From contig CAWCVU010000004.1 in assembly GCA_963798975.1 (NCBI GenBank), forward strand, positions 20,475 through 84,474: DNA of 64,000 bases. The letters run 5' to 3'. This stretch comes from an uncultured Gammaproteobacteria bacterium (GTDB taxonomy: Bacteria; Pseudomonadota; Gammaproteobacteria; JABCZS01). The notes beneath the pieces are model-generated. The model was not told the DNA's origin and did no database searches. It saw only the letters and a list, made by a program, of their open reading frames with translations. Below are positions 34,380-44,555 of this stretch, in pieces. The number at the start of each line of letters is the position of its first letter. The first letter of the stretch is position 1. A program made the position numbers and the translations under genes.

Positions 34380-35522
34380 ATGCTCGATATTAGCGTTCTG
34401 CTTGGCCAGCTCATTGCTTGTCCGTCCGTCACACCTGATGATGCCAATTGCCAAATAATTTTAAAAAATCATTTAGAAAAACTAGGTTTCTCTATTACCG
34501 ATTTACCTTCAGGAAAAGTTGAGAATTTTTGGGCCAAGCGCGGCACAACAAAACCTTTATTTGTATTTGCCGGCCATACCGATGTGGTCACACCAGGTGA
34601 TAAAAACGCTTGGCAATTTGATCCTTTTAATGCAAGCGAACATGATGGTTATATTTACGGTCGCGGCGCACAAGATATGAAAGGCCCGCTGGCTGCCATG
34701 ATGATTGCCACTGAACAATTTATAGAAAAATACCCCGATCATCAAGGCAGCATAGGTTTTTTAATCACCAGTGGCGAAGAAGGACGTGATTATATGAATG
34801 GCACGCCCCATGTGATGGATTATTTAGCAAAGCAGCATGAAACCATTACTTGGTGCGTTGTAGGTGAGCCATCAAGCCAAAAACAATTAGGCGATACGAT
34901 TCGTCACGGTAGACGCGGTTCCTTGCATGGATTTTTAACCGTGCAGGGTAAACAAGGTCATGTGGCTTATCACCAATTAGCCGATAATCCGATTCATAAA
35001 ACTATTCCTGCGCTTCATGCGTTAATTAATACCATTTGGGATCAAGGCAATGTGGATTTTGATCCGACGAGTTTACAAATGACGAGCATTGAAAGTGGCA
35101 CCTTTGGCGAAAATGCCAATGTGATTCCTAGTAAAATAAACGTGCAATTTAATTTTCGCTATTCACCTATTTCTACAGAAGACCACCTCAAACAACGGGT
35201 AGAAACCCTACTGACGCAACATGAGCTGGATTATGAAATCACCTGGGAATTATCAGGTAAACCCTTTATCACACCCGATAGCACCTTGCGCCAAGCCGCG
35301 GTACAAGCCGTGCAAAAAGTGATGAATATTACCCCGCAATTTTCAACCGGTGGTGGTACCTCAGATGCTCGCTTTATCGCGCCAAGTGGCGCACAAGTCA
35401 TTGAATTGGGCGTTATGAATGATAGAATTCATCAAATCAACGAGCGGGTCAGCATTAAAGAATTAGAACAGTTGACTTTGGTGTATTATACCTTATTGGA
35501 ATTATTGTTGGTAAAAAAATAA
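34380..35522 (+). CDS. dapE: succinyl-diaminopimelate desuccinylase
   Basis: 380 aa; M20 peptidase motifs (FAGHTDVV, GRGAQDMKG) and overall collinearity with DapE. Confidence 0.9.
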   Translation: MLDISVLLGQLIACPSVTPDDANCQIILKNHLEKLGFSITDLPSGKVENFWAKRGTTKPLFVFAGHTDVVTPGDKNAWQFDPFNASEHDGYIYGRGAQDMKGPLAAMMIATEQFIEKYPDHQGSIGFLITSGEEGRDYMNGTPHVMDYLAKQHETITWCVVGEPSSQKQLGDTIRHGRRGSLHGFLTVQGKQGHVAYHQLADNPIHKTIPALHALINTIWDQGNVDFDPTSLQMTSIESGTFGENANVIPSKINVQFNFRYSPISTEDHLKQRVETLLTQHELDYEITWELSGKPFITPDSTLRQAAVQAVQKVMNITPQFSTGGGTSDARFIAPSGAQVIELGVMNDRIHQINERVSIKELEQLTLVYYTLLELLLVKK

Positions 35523-35523
35523 T

Positions 35524-36145
35524 ATGCTCTACGGTTTTGTCACCATTTTTTTATTACACAGCGTTGCCCTAATTTCTCCAGGGCCAGATTACGCCCTGAT
35601 TACCCAAATCCGCATTAATGAGCACACGCCGTCATGCATTATGGACAGCCCTGGGTATAGCTACAGGCATTTGGTTTCACGTTTTATATTGTTTATTAGG
35701 CATCGCTTTTATCATTGCTTCATCTCCTCTCACCTACGATATTATTCGTTATCTAGGCGCAGCTTATTTAATTTATTTAGGCATAAAATCATTTCGCAAT
35801 CAGCCCAATGACATCCACATCCCACAAGAAAAAATTAGCCGCAATGATTTAATCGCCTATCGCCAAGGCGTATTGTGCAATGTATTAAACCCCAAAGCCA
35901 CTTTGTTTTTCTTAAGCTTATTTACGGTCGTCATTGATCCCAACACACCTTTATGGCTACAAAGTTTATATGGTTTGCAAATGTCTTTAATGACCTTTGC
36001 CTGGTTTGCTTTACTCGCTCTCATGATTAGCCATCCTCGCTTTAAACAAAGCTTATCGCGCTGGCAAACCCATATAGGCAAAATCATGGGTGTGGTATTT
36101 TTCTTATTTGCATTTTATTTATTATTCCATATAATTAGAGGATGA
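35524..36145 (+). pseudogene. LysE/RhtB-family amino-acid exporter with a frameshift near 35620-35640
   Basis: The 95-aa N-terminal ORF (ISPGPDYALITQ) and the 175-aa ORF (NVLNPKATLFFLSLF...) overlap in different frames. Confidence 0.6.
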
Positions 36146-36438
36146 AAAAACCCTACACTATTATATTAGGTTGTTTAGCAGCCTTAACACACTTTGCGCA
36201 TGCGAGTGAAGCAGTTACAGTTCCTTCGCTCGAGGGTGGTTTTACTGCATCTGTTGGGACGTTTTATGCCACACCTTCAACCAACAGTAACCCAGGTCAA
36301 GTGCATCACGCACCATCTAACTTGACAGATTTACATTCAAATAACAATAATCCTCAATTCGGTACCCAAGGTTCCATTGGCTACAACTTCAATAATACCG
36401 GTAATGGTGTTGAAATTAACAACCGTAATTTTCGCTAA
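36142..36438 (+). pseudogene. truncated fourth paralogue of the Legionella-type MOMP family (98-aa remnant)
   Basis: Signal peptide, then VPSLEGGFTASVGTFYATPS and ...GSIGYNFNNTGNGVEINNRNFR*. This matches the first ~100 aa of the downstream paralogues and then stops. Confidence 0.55.
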
Positions 36439-36537
36439 AAATAGCTCACCTTGTAATCAGGGCTTGTTTTTAAAAAAAACTCATCTATTATTGTTTAAAC
36501 AAGCAACTTCAATTATTCAACTTATAAGGATGAAATT

Positions 36538-37653
36538 ATGAAAAGGACGTCAAACAAACTTTTTCTGTGCTCTTTAACTTCTCTTGCAGTACTTGCATCT
36601 TCTGGCGCTTATGCTGAAGAAATGGCAACTGCGCCTTCATTAGAAGGCGGTTTTAGTGGTATGCTCGGGGGCTTCTTATTTACACCTAGCGTTAATGATA
36701 AAGCTTATGCCGATAACCGTAGTTTTGATGATGTAAATGCTGTACTTAATACTTCTACTGCCAATAATAATGCTGACTATAGTACTGGCTGGCAAGCAGC
36801 GATTGGTTATGCCTTTGAAGGTACTGCCAATGGTATCGAATTGACCTACCGTAGCTTTGATGGTTCTAACGATGCAGATCCAGAAGGCCCATTTGCAATA
36901 AATGTAGATCTTGATGAGCGTGAGATTGGTGCTGGCGTTCATGCTTTTTCTGATGGCACATCTAGCAATCAAGACAATACCTTCCAAAATTGGGATTTAA
37001 TGGCTAGCCAATTTTTAGATATTGGTACTCACATGCAAATGCGTTTCATGGCGGGTGCTTCTTATCTAATGGATTTGGACCAAACCACTAAACTGAACAC
37101 CAACGTTCATGGTCATGCTTATGCTTATGAGCATAGAGGCCCAGAACATACAGAAATTCATTTAGAAGGCGATCTCGATATTTATGAACAAATCAAAAGT
37201 GAATACAGCGGCTGGGGCCCACGTGTGGCAGCTGATGCGCGCTATGATTTCGGCGAAATGATTGATGGCTTTGGTATCGTAGGTGGTGCTTCTTTAGGTT
37301 ATTACTTAGGTAAACAAGAAAGCACAAGCACACTAACTGTCGGCTTTGATGGCTGTGTGTCTGATGAGATTGATGAGGGTAAGAATTCTGAAGAATGTGG
37401 TAGTGGTTCTGTTGGTGCACGTGCTCAAGACAACAGCGATAGCCATGCCGTTACTAACTTAAGAGCCAATGTAGGTATCGATTATGTGTATTACTTCGAT
37501 AACGATGAATTATCTACTCTGGGCTTAGAATTAGGTTATGAAGTAGACACTTACTTTGATGGCGTAGCAACTATCAGCGCTTTAGGTGGCGAAACTGATG
37601 TAACTAATCTTACATTCAGCGGTCCTTACTTAAACGTTAAAGGTGTGTTCTAA
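36538..37653 (+). CDS. Legionella/Coxiella-type major outer-membrane protein (porin, Legionella_OMP family), paralogue 1
   Basis: 371 aa with signal peptide. The motifs QNWDLMASQFLDIGTHMQMRFMAGASY, GWGPRVAADARYDFG, GFGIVGGASLGYYLG and C-terminal FSGPYLNVKGVF parallel L. pneumophila MOMP (…MRFHGGVQY…GFGPRTGLDMNY…SGPYIGLKYVGNV). Confidence 0.75.
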   Translation: MKRTSNKLFLCSLTSLAVLASSGAYAEEMATAPSLEGGFSGMLGGFLFTPSVNDKAYADNRSFDDVNAVLNTSTANNNADYSTGWQAAIGYAFEGTANGIELTYRSFDGSNDADPEGPFAINVDLDEREIGAGVHAFSDGTSSNQDNTFQNWDLMASQFLDIGTHMQMRFMAGASYLMDLDQTTKLNTNVHGHAYAYEHRGPEHTEIHLEGDLDIYEQIKSEYSGWGPRVAADARYDFGEMIDGFGIVGGASLGYYLGKQESTSTLTVGFDGCVSDEIDEGKNSEECGSGSVGARAQDNSDSHAVTNLRANVGIDYVYYFDNDELSTLGLELGYEVDTYFDGVATISALGGETDVTNLTFSGPYLNVKGVF

Positions 37654-37680
37654 CACTTAATCGTTTTGTTCTGTCAAGTT

Positions 37681-37717
37681 ACAAGGGCCTATCATTTGAT
37701 AGGCCCTTGTTCTTTTT
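37681..37717 (+). terminator. rho-independent terminator
   Basis: Perfect 14-bp stem (acaagggcctatca tt tgataggcccttgt) followed by tcttttt. Confidence 0.7.
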
Positions 37718-37781
37718 GGAATTTGATCCTATTATGATTTAATCGAATGTTTTAATGATTACTCACAACAAGGATGATATG

Positions 37782-38915
37782 ATGAAAAGAACATCAAATA
37801 AACTTTTTCTGTGCTCTTTAACTTCTCTTGCAGTACTTGCATCTTCTGGCGCTTATGCTGAAGAAATGGCAACTGCGCCTTCATTAGAAGGCGGTTTTAG
37901 TGGTATGCTCGGGGGCTTCTTATTTACACCTAGCGTTAATGATAAAGCTTATGCCGATAACCGTAGTTTTGATGATGTAAATGCTGTACTTAATACTTCT
38001 ACTGCCAATAATAATGCTGACTATAGTACTGGCTGGCAAGCAGCGATTGGTTATGCCTTTGAAGGTACTGCCAATGGTATCGAATTGACCTACCGTAGCT
38101 TTGATGGTTCTAATGATGCAGGTCCAGAAGGCCCATTTGATGTTAATGTTAACTATGATAGACACTCTCCTCCTATATTTGGATTTGGCGCCGGTGCTTT
38201 TTCTGATGGCACTTCAAGCAATCAAGACAATACCTTCCAAAATTGGGATTTAATGGCTAGCCAGTTTTTAGATATTGGTACTCATATGCAAATGCGTTTC
38301 ATGGCGGGTGCTTCTTACCTAATGGATTTGGACCAAACCACTAAACTGAACACCGACGTTCATGGTTATGCTTATGCTTATGCTGATATAGGTGCACCGA
38401 TTGATATTCATGGAGAAATTCATGCAGAAGGTGATCTTGATATTTATGAACAAATCAAAAGTGAATACAGCGGCTGGGGCCCACGTGTGGCAGCTGATGC
38501 GCGCTATGATTTCGGCGAAATGATTGATGGCTTTGGTATCGTAGGTGGTGCTTCTTTAGGTTATTACTTAGGTAAACAAGAAAGCACAAGCACACTAACT
38601 GTCGGCTTTGATGGCTGTGTGTCTGATGAGATTCCTGATTCATCTAATGCTGAAGAATGTGGTAGTGGTTCTGTCGGTGCTCGTGCTCAAGACAACAGCG
38701 ATAGCCATGCCGTTACTAACTTAAGAGCCAATGTAGGTATCGATTATGTGTATTACTTCGATAACGATGAATTATCTACTCTGGGCTTAGAATTAGGTTA
38801 TGAAGTTGATACTTACTTTGATGGCGTAGCAACTATCAGCGCTTTAGGTGGCGAAACTGATGTAACTAATCTTACATTCAGCGGTCCTTACTTAAACGTT
38901 AAAGGTGTGTTCTAA
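37782..38915 (+). CDS. MOMP-family porin, paralogue 2; long stretches are DNA-identical to paralogue 1, with divergence confined to patches
   Basis: Same N-terminus and C-terminus as paralogue 1. Three internal segments differ (…DVNVNYDRHSPPIFGFGAGAF…, …HGYAYAYADIGAPIDIHGEIHAEGD…, …SDEIPDSSNAEE…). Confidence 0.75.
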   Translation: MKRTSNKLFLCSLTSLAVLASSGAYAEEMATAPSLEGGFSGMLGGFLFTPSVNDKAYADNRSFDDVNAVLNTSTANNNADYSTGWQAAIGYAFEGTANGIELTYRSFDGSNDAGPEGPFDVNVNYDRHSPPIFGFGAGAFSDGTSSNQDNTFQNWDLMASQFLDIGTHMQMRFMAGASYLMDLDQTTKLNTDVHGYAYAYADIGAPIDIHGEIHAEGDLDIYEQIKSEYSGWGPRVAADARYDFGEMIDGFGIVGGASLGYYLGKQESTSTLTVGFDGCVSDEIPDSSNAEECGSGSVGARAQDNSDSHAVTNLRANVGIDYVYYFDNDELSTLGLELGYEVDTYFDGVATISALGGETDVTNLTFSGPYLNVKGVF

Positions 38916-38942
38916 CACTTAATCGTTTTGTTCTGTCGAATT

Positions 38943-38978
38943 ACAAGGGCCTATCATTTGATAGGCCCTTGTTCTTTT
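38943..38978 (+). terminator. rho-independent terminator, an identical copy of the hairpin at 37681
   Basis: The same 14-bp stem-loop followed by a T-run. Confidence 0.7.
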
Positions 38979-39042
38979 ATAGTGTTCATCCTATTATATG
39001 CAAATCAAATGTTTTAATGATTACTTAAATAAGGACGAAATG

Positions 39043-40056
39043 ATGAAAAGGATGTCTAACAAACTTTTTCTGTCTTCTTTAACTTTTATTGCATCCAGCG
39101 CCGTATACGCTGAAGAGCACGTGACTGTGCCTACACTCGAAGGTGGTGTTGAAGCCATGATCGGCGGGTTTTGGGCAGTATCTAGTGCTAATGATCAATC
39201 CTTTGATATTAATCAGAATATTAATTTTGATGAGGTTTTAAATTTTCAAACACTTAATGTCGACCCCAACTATGATTTTAGCTGGCAAGCCTCTGTGGGA
39301 TACGTCTTTGAAGATACCTCCAATAGCATAGAACTTTCTTTTCGTACCTATGATAGTTCTGCAGATGACAGTAAAGCCAATACCGAGCAATTTTTCTTCA
39401 TACCTGTTTCAACTACGGCTTATGGCAAACAAGACAACCAATATCAAAATTGGGACTTAATGATTAGCCAGTTTTTAGATGTAGGCACCCATATGCAACT
39501 GCGTCTTTTAGGCGGTATCTCTTATTTGTCTGAATTAAACCAAACGAATAGTTCAAATTATACTCTTGAGATTCCCTCGTACTTTAGAGAAAACGATTTT
39601 CTTTTTGCCGAGGTGAGCGATCACTCAAGCAGCGACTATAATGGCTTGGGCCCCCGTATAGGTATTGATACCCGGTATGATTTTGGTGATGGTTTTGGCA
39701 TAGTCGGTGGTGGCTCTGTTGCTTATTACTTGGGTGAATTAGAAAATAAAGATCAGCTGGACTGGGATGGCACGGCTCATCCTATTGGTTTTCCCAAACC
39801 CATCCATTTTGATAATCACCTCACTGCACAAGATAACCAAGACGATCATGCCGTCACTAACCTTAGCGCTAATCTAGGTGTCGATTATGTTTATTTTTTT
39901 GATAATGAAGAATTATCAACCTTGGGTTTAGAGTTAGGTTATGAAGTGGATTCATACCTTGAGGGTATAGGCACTTTCAGTGCAATAGATGGCGACACAG
40001 ACGTCAACAATATTACCTTTAGCGGCCCGTACTTAAATCTCAAAGGTGTATTCTAA
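39043..40056 (+). CDS. MOMP-family porin, paralogue 3 (more divergent)
   Basis: Signal peptide and the shared motifs (QNWDLMISQFLDVGTHMQLRLLGGISY, GLGPRIGIDTRYDFG, FSGPYLNLKGVF). It is roughly 45-50% identical to paralogues 1 and 2. Confidence 0.7.
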   Translation: MKRMSNKLFLSSLTFIASSAVYAEEHVTVPTLEGGVEAMIGGFWAVSSANDQSFDINQNINFDEVLNFQTLNVDPNYDFSWQASVGYVFEDTSNSIELSFRTYDSSADDSKANTEQFFFIPVSTTAYGKQDNQYQNWDLMISQFLDVGTHMQLRLLGGISYLSELNQTNSSNYTLEIPSYFRENDFLFAEVSDHSSSDYNGLGPRIGIDTRYDFGDGFGIVGGGSVAYYLGELENKDQLDWDGTAHPIGFPKPIHFDNHLTAQDNQDDHAVTNLSANLGVDYVYFFDNEELSTLGLELGYEVDSYLEGIGTFSAIDGDTDVNNITFSGPYLNLKGVF

Positions 40057-40080
40057 ACCAAGCATAATGCAAAATATAAA

Positions 40081-40105
40081 GGGGCAGATTCTGCCCCTTT
40101 TTTTA
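40081..40105. terminator. bidirectional rho-independent terminator between the MOMP array and tsaB
   Basis: ggggcag att ctgcccc, flanked by an A-run upstream and a T7 run downstream. Confidence 0.65.
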
Positions 40106-40777
40106 TGGATTTTTTTTATGCGCGACATCATTGCGTAAATAAATAGGCACAGCATGTGCTGGATCTATCATGAGCCCTTGCTTGAAAGCCACTTGCGCTA
40201 AAGGCAATGCGGCGTTGGCTAGAGGCATAATATCGGGATAAATTTGTTCAACCACTTCGGTATGTTTAAATTCATGTGCATAGACTTGCCAACCATTGCC
40301 AACGCCCTGCCCTTTGGAAATAATTAATTGTTTTGGAAATAATAAGGCTAATTCGCCTTCAGGTTGCATCAAATCATTTTTATCCAAAACGTAACATCCA
40401 TAATAGATTTGTTGCATGCGTGCGTCTAAAGCCACGAGCGCGCGTTTTACACCGTATTGCTGATGAGCAGCTTGCGCCATGATTTGTAAAGTTGAAATCG
40501 GAATAACAGGTTTGTTTAGGCCATAGGCTAATCCTTGCGTTACACTCACGGCGATACGCACCCCCGTAAAACTGCCTGGTCCACAACCAAAAGCAATGGC
40601 ATCTAAATCTTGGAGTGTGATTTGCGCTTGCTTGAGAACGTCATCGATCATCCCCAATAGTTTTGCCGCATGTTGATTTTTGCAATGCTCAGCCCTGCTA
40701 AATATTTGCTGGTTTTTTGACAGCGCGACAGAACAATATTCTGTGGCTGTGTCTAAGGCAAGTAGTATTTGGGCCAT
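40103..40777 (-). CDS. tsaB: tRNA threonylcarbamoyladenosine biosynthesis protein TsaB (YeaZ)
   Basis: 224 aa; ILALDTATEYCSVAL... start and overall TsaB collinearity. Confidence 0.8.
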   Translation of the reverse strand: MAQILLALDTATEYCSVALSKNQQIFSRAEHCKNQHAAKLLGMIDDVLKQAQITLQDLDAIAFGCGPGSFTGVRIAVSVTQGLAYGLNKPVIPISTLQIMAQAAHQQYGVKRALVALDARMQQIYYGCYVLDKNDLMQPEGELALLFPKQLIISKGQGVGNGWQVYAHEFKHTEVVEQIYPDIMPLANAALPLAQVAFKQGLMIDPAHAVPIYLRNDVAHKKNP

Positions 40778-40831
40778 GCTTGATTACTCTGTTGATTAAA
40801 TACAACGTAGTCTACCTGAATACCAAAACAA

Positions 40832-40861
40832 AAAGCCACTGCAAATAATTACAGTGGCTTT
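40832..40861 (-). terminator. rho-independent terminator of the histone-like gene
   Basis: 10-bp stem aaagccactg/cagtggcttt. A T-rich tract follows on the minus strand. Confidence 0.55.
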
Positions 40862-40891
40862 CAACGTATTGCCTGACGGCACTTTATAGGA

Positions 40892-41434
40892 TTATAAAGC
40901 GCGTGCAGAACCCATACGAGCGGGATGTGCTACAGTGCTTTTTACAGCCTTAGCTTTCTTTGCACGAGCTACTTTACGTTTAGGTGCAGCTTTCGTTGCA
41001 GCTTTACGTTTTTTAGCTCCGGCTTTACGTTTAGGCGCAGCCTTTTTAACAGCTTTAACTGTTGATTTTGCTTTAGCTTTTTTACGGGTTGTTTTTTTCT
41101 TACCCGCAGTGGCTTTAACAGCAGCTTTTTTAGCTTTCGCTATAGAAGCTTTAACTGCTTTAGCAGCTTTAGCAGCTTTAGAAACGGCTTGCTTAATCGC
41201 TTTCTTAGCTTTCGCTAATTCAGCTTTATGCTTAGCCCGAGCTTTTTTAAGATCAGCTTGCGCTTTCTTTAATGCAGCTTTTAATTTCTTTTCAACAGTG
41301 CCTACTTTTGCACGTACTGCGGCTTTACGTTTAGTTGCTTTAGCAACAACACGTTTAACTGCAGATACTTTCTTCTTGATAGAACGCTTCGCAGCAGTTC
41401 TTGTTTTGGCTTTCGCCGCTTTCTTAGTTGCCAT
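40892..41434 (-). CDS. histone H1-like Lys/Ala-rich DNA-binding protein (Hq1/Hc1 type)
   Basis: The ATG at 41434 is preceded by AGGAG. The ~180-aa product is almost entirely K/A/R repeats (MATKKAAKAKTRTAAKRSIKKK...AKAKK...). The longer annotated ORF extends upstream through a hydrophobic read-through. Confidence 0.7.
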   Translation of the reverse strand: MATKKAAKAKTRTAAKRSIKKKVSAVKRVVAKATKRKAAVRAKVGTVEKKLKAALKKAQADLKKARAKHKAELAKAKKAIKQAVSKAAKAAKAVKASIAKAKKAAVKATAGKKKTTRKKAKAKSTVKAVKKAAPKRKAGAKKRKAATKAAPKRKVARAKKAKAVKSTVAHPARMGSARAL

Positions 41435-41697
41435 CGTTTTTTTCTCCTGAAACAATAAAAACAAAAGGTGGATATAAATAAAGCTAGCATATATCCAGAT
41501 AACTTCCATAAGTGATAGCAGAAGTTTTATATTTTTGCCAATTTTTTCATTGATTTGATGATAATTTAATGCAAAATACTCTAAATATCCCATCTAAGCC
41601 CGAATCTTTGATACCAGGTCAATAAAAAATGGTACTTCACAAATCCGCAATTGTTGCCGATAATAAGATTACTTTCTTTTATTAAGTTGAGAATCAA

Positions 41698-44100
41698 ATG
41701 AATGAAGCAGGCAATCAAGATGAGCAATTTGAATTTATAGATGAATTCAATAGCAAAGAAAATGAAGCCAATACCAAAGAGGTTGTGCTGCCGTCTAAGC
41801 TCTATTTATTGCCCCTAACTGAGAGACCTTTCTTTCCGCCGCAAACTTTGCCTTTAGTTTTGGATGACACCCATTGGGTAGACACTTTAAAAAAAATATC
41901 CGATACCAAATCACGCTATACCGGTTTGATACTCTCCAAAATCGATAGCGTTAAAGATTTAAAAATTGATGACCTCTATACCATAGGTACCCTGGTGCGC
42001 ATTCACCATCCTGTACATGCTTCTGGCAAAATTCAATTTATTGCTGAAGGCATCCAACGTTTTAAAATAAAGAAATGGTTAAGTAAGAAAAACCCTTATT
42101 ATGTTGAAGTGGAATATCCCCCTGAGGGCGCCATTAAAGATGAGCTGCAAAATAAAGCGTATACCATGGCTATTATTAATATTCTAAAAGAGCTCATTCC
42201 ACTTAATCCACTTTATAGCGAAGAGCTGAAATTTTTCCTCAACCGTTTTATACCCAATAATGATCCCTCACATCTTGCAGACTTTGCAGCCAGTTTAACC
42301 AGTGCGGGTAAAGAAGAGCTCCAAGCTATTTTAGAAATCTTTGATGTCAATAAACGCCTGAAGAAAGTGGTCAATTTATTAAAAAAAGAAGTCGAGGTCG
42401 TTAAACTTCAAGCCAAAATCAGCCAAGATGTGGAACGTAAACTCACTGAACAACAACGCCAATTCTTCCTCAATGAACAATTAAAAGCCATACAAAAAGA
42501 ATTAGGCCTGCATAAAGATGATCGCACCGCCGAGCGAGATCGGTTTGAAGAACGCTTACACGATCTAGAATTGCCAGAACATGCAAAAGCCCGTATTGAA
42601 GAAGAATTGGATAAACTCAATGTGCTGGAAACCGGATCGCCAGAATTTGCATTAACACGTAATTACTTAGATATCATGACCACTTTGCCTTGGAATCATT
42701 ATTCGCGCGATAAACTCAGTTTAAAACGTGCCAGACAAATCTTAAATCGTGACCATGAAAGTCTAGAGGATATCAAAGATCGCATTATCGAATTTATCGC
42801 CATTGGCGCCCTGCGCGGCAAAATCGGTGGTTCCATTTTATTATTTGTCGGACCACCCGGTGTGGGCAAAACCTCTATTGGTCGCTCAATCGCTAAAGCC
42901 GTGGGTCGCAAATTTTATCGCTTCTCCGTCGGCGGTATGATTGATGAAGCTGAAATCAAAGGTCATCGCCGCACCTATATTGGCGCGATGCCCGGAAAAA
43001 TTCTTCAAGCACTCAAAGAATGTGGCACATCCAATCCCATTATTATGCTGGATGAAATTGATAAAATTGGCGCATCTTATCATGGGGATCCCGCATCGGC
43101 ATTACTTGAAGTATTAGACCCAGAACAAAATCGAGATTTCCTTGATCATTACTTAGATGTACGCTTTGATTTATCAAAAATTTTATTTATTTGCACCGCT
43201 AATCAAACCGACACCATTCCACAACCCTTATTAGATCGCATGGAAGTCATGCATTTATCTGGCTATATTACCGCTGAGAAAGTTGAAATTGCCAAAAAAC
43301 ACCTCTGGCCTCGGCAAGTGAAAAAAAGTGGTTTATTACGCAGCCAAATTAAAATCACCGAAGCTGCGATCCGCGGTATCATTGAAAATTATGCTCGAGA
43401 AGCCGGGGTGCGTACTTTAGAAAAATGTTTAAGCCGCATTACCCGTAAAGCGGCCGTTAAAATTGTCAGTAATAAAGCACAAAAAGTCTCTATCGGTGTG
43501 CGCGATCTCATACCCTACCTTGGCCAACCCATATTTCAAAAAGAAAAACCACAAGTGGGCATTGGTATTTCTCTAGGGCTCGCCTGGACACCTCTAGGCG
43601 GTGTAACACTGAATATTGAAACCAGTGCGCGTAAAACAAAACAACCCGGCTTTAAGCTCACCGGGCAGTTAGGTGATGTGATGCGTGAGTCTGCAGAAAT
43701 TGCTTATAGCTATGTCTGTGGACATTTAGAAAAATACGGCGCAAATAAAAATATCTTTGAAAATGTGATGGTGCATATGCATATCCCAGAAGGCGCTATT
43801 CCTAAAGACGGCCCTAGCGCTGGGATTACCTTAGCCACCGCTTTATTATCCTTGGCTAAACAACAAAAAATGCATCGACCCTTAGCCATGACGGGTGAGT
43901 TAACCTTAACCGGACAAGTATTAGCGGTAGGCGGCATTCGAGAAAAAATCATCGCTGCGCGTCGGGTCAATATTTTTGAAATTATTTTACCTTTGTCAGT
44001 CAAAGGCGAATATACCGAACTCCCCCGTCATGTCAAAGAAGGATTAAAAGTACATTTCGTCGAGCATTTTGATGAAGTTTATGATATCGTATTTGGATGA
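41698..44100 (+). CDS. lon: ATP-dependent Lon protease
   Basis: 800 aa with an N-terminal LON domain, Walker A GPPGVGKTS, the catalytic Ser in DGPSAGIT, and Lys in the C-terminal domain. Confidence 0.9.
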   Translation: MNEAGNQDEQFEFIDEFNSKENEANTKEVVLPSKLYLLPLTERPFFPPQTLPLVLDDTHWVDTLKKISDTKSRYTGLILSKIDSVKDLKIDDLYTIGTLVRIHHPVHASGKIQFIAEGIQRFKIKKWLSKKNPYYVEVEYPPEGAIKDELQNKAYTMAIINILKELIPLNPLYSEELKFFLNRFIPNNDPSHLADFAASLTSAGKEELQAILEIFDVNKRLKKVVNLLKKEVEVVKLQAKISQDVERKLTEQQRQFFLNEQLKAIQKELGLHKDDRTAERDRFEERLHDLELPEHAKARIEEELDKLNVLETGSPEFALTRNYLDIMTTLPWNHYSRDKLSLKRARQILNRDHESLEDIKDRIIEFIAIGALRGKIGGSILLFVGPPGVGKTSIGRSIAKAVGRKFYRFSVGGMIDEAEIKGHRRTYIGAMPGKILQALKECGTSNPIIMLDEIDKIGASYHGDPASALLEVLDPEQNRDFLDHYLDVRFDLSKILFICTANQTDTIPQPLLDRMEVMHLSGYITAEKVEIAKKHLWPRQVKKSGLLRSQIKITEAAIRGIIENYAREAGVRTLEKCLSRITRKAAVKIVSNKAQKVSIGVRDLIPYLGQPIFQKEKPQVGIGISLGLAWTPLGGVTLNIETSARKTKQPGFKLTGQLGDVMRESAEIAYSYVCGHLEKYGANKNIFENVMVHMHIPEGAIPKDGPSAGITLATALLSLAKQQKMHRPLAMTGELTLTGQVLAVGGIREKIIAARRVNIFEIILPLSVKGEYTELPRHVKEGLKVHFVEHFDEVYDIVFG

Positions 44101-44555
44101 TAGAAACACAATTACTAAGCCTCGGGCTGAGCTTGCCCGAACCTGCAAAACCTGCGGCGCATTATGTGCCCTATGTTATCGTTAATAATCTGGTATTTAT
44201 TTCCGGACAATTGCCCATGCAAAATGGCGTCCTGCAATTTACCGGTCCAGTTCATGACGATACAATGACTACAGGTAAACAAGCAGCGCAGCTGTGTGCC
44301 TTGAATATTTTGGCCCAATTAAAAGTGGCCTGTAATAGTGATTGGAGCCTTGTTAAAAACTGTGTGCGTTTAGGTGGTTTTGTGAATAGTGCGGCCAATT
44401 TTCATCAACAACCCCAGGTTATCAATGGCGCCTCTGAATTAATGACCCATGTTTTTGGTGAAGCAGGTCGACATGCGCGTACTGCTGTGGGGACTAGTGC
44501 TTTGCCTTTAAATGCCATGGTTGAAATCGATGCAATCTTTAACCTCGTTTATTGA
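44097..44555 (+). CDS. ridA: RidA/YjgF-family reactive-intermediate deaminase
   Basis: 152 aa; YjgF/chorismate-mutase-like fold motifs; its start overlaps the lon stop (ATGA). Confidence 0.7.
   Translation: MIETQLLSLGLSLPEPAKPAAHYVPYVIVNNLVFISGQLPMQNGVLQFTGPVHDDTMTTGKQAAQLCALNILAQLKVACNSDWSLVKNCVRLGGFVNSAANFHQQPQVINGASELMTHVFGEAGRHARTAVGTSALPLNAMVEIDAIFNLVY

Noticed and set aside
40935..41450. 171-aa plus-strand ORF antisense to the histone-like gene
   Set aside because: It is the reverse-complement reading of the K/A-rich codon repeats, which gives an Ala/Leu/Phe low-complexity product. It has no RBS and is a shadow ORF.
41594..41697. Possible sigma-32-type heat-shock promoter upstream of lon (cttcaca…N15…ccgataat)
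   Set aside because: The match to CTTGAAA-N13-15-CCCCATNT is weak (5/7 and 4/8), which is not enough to report as a feature.
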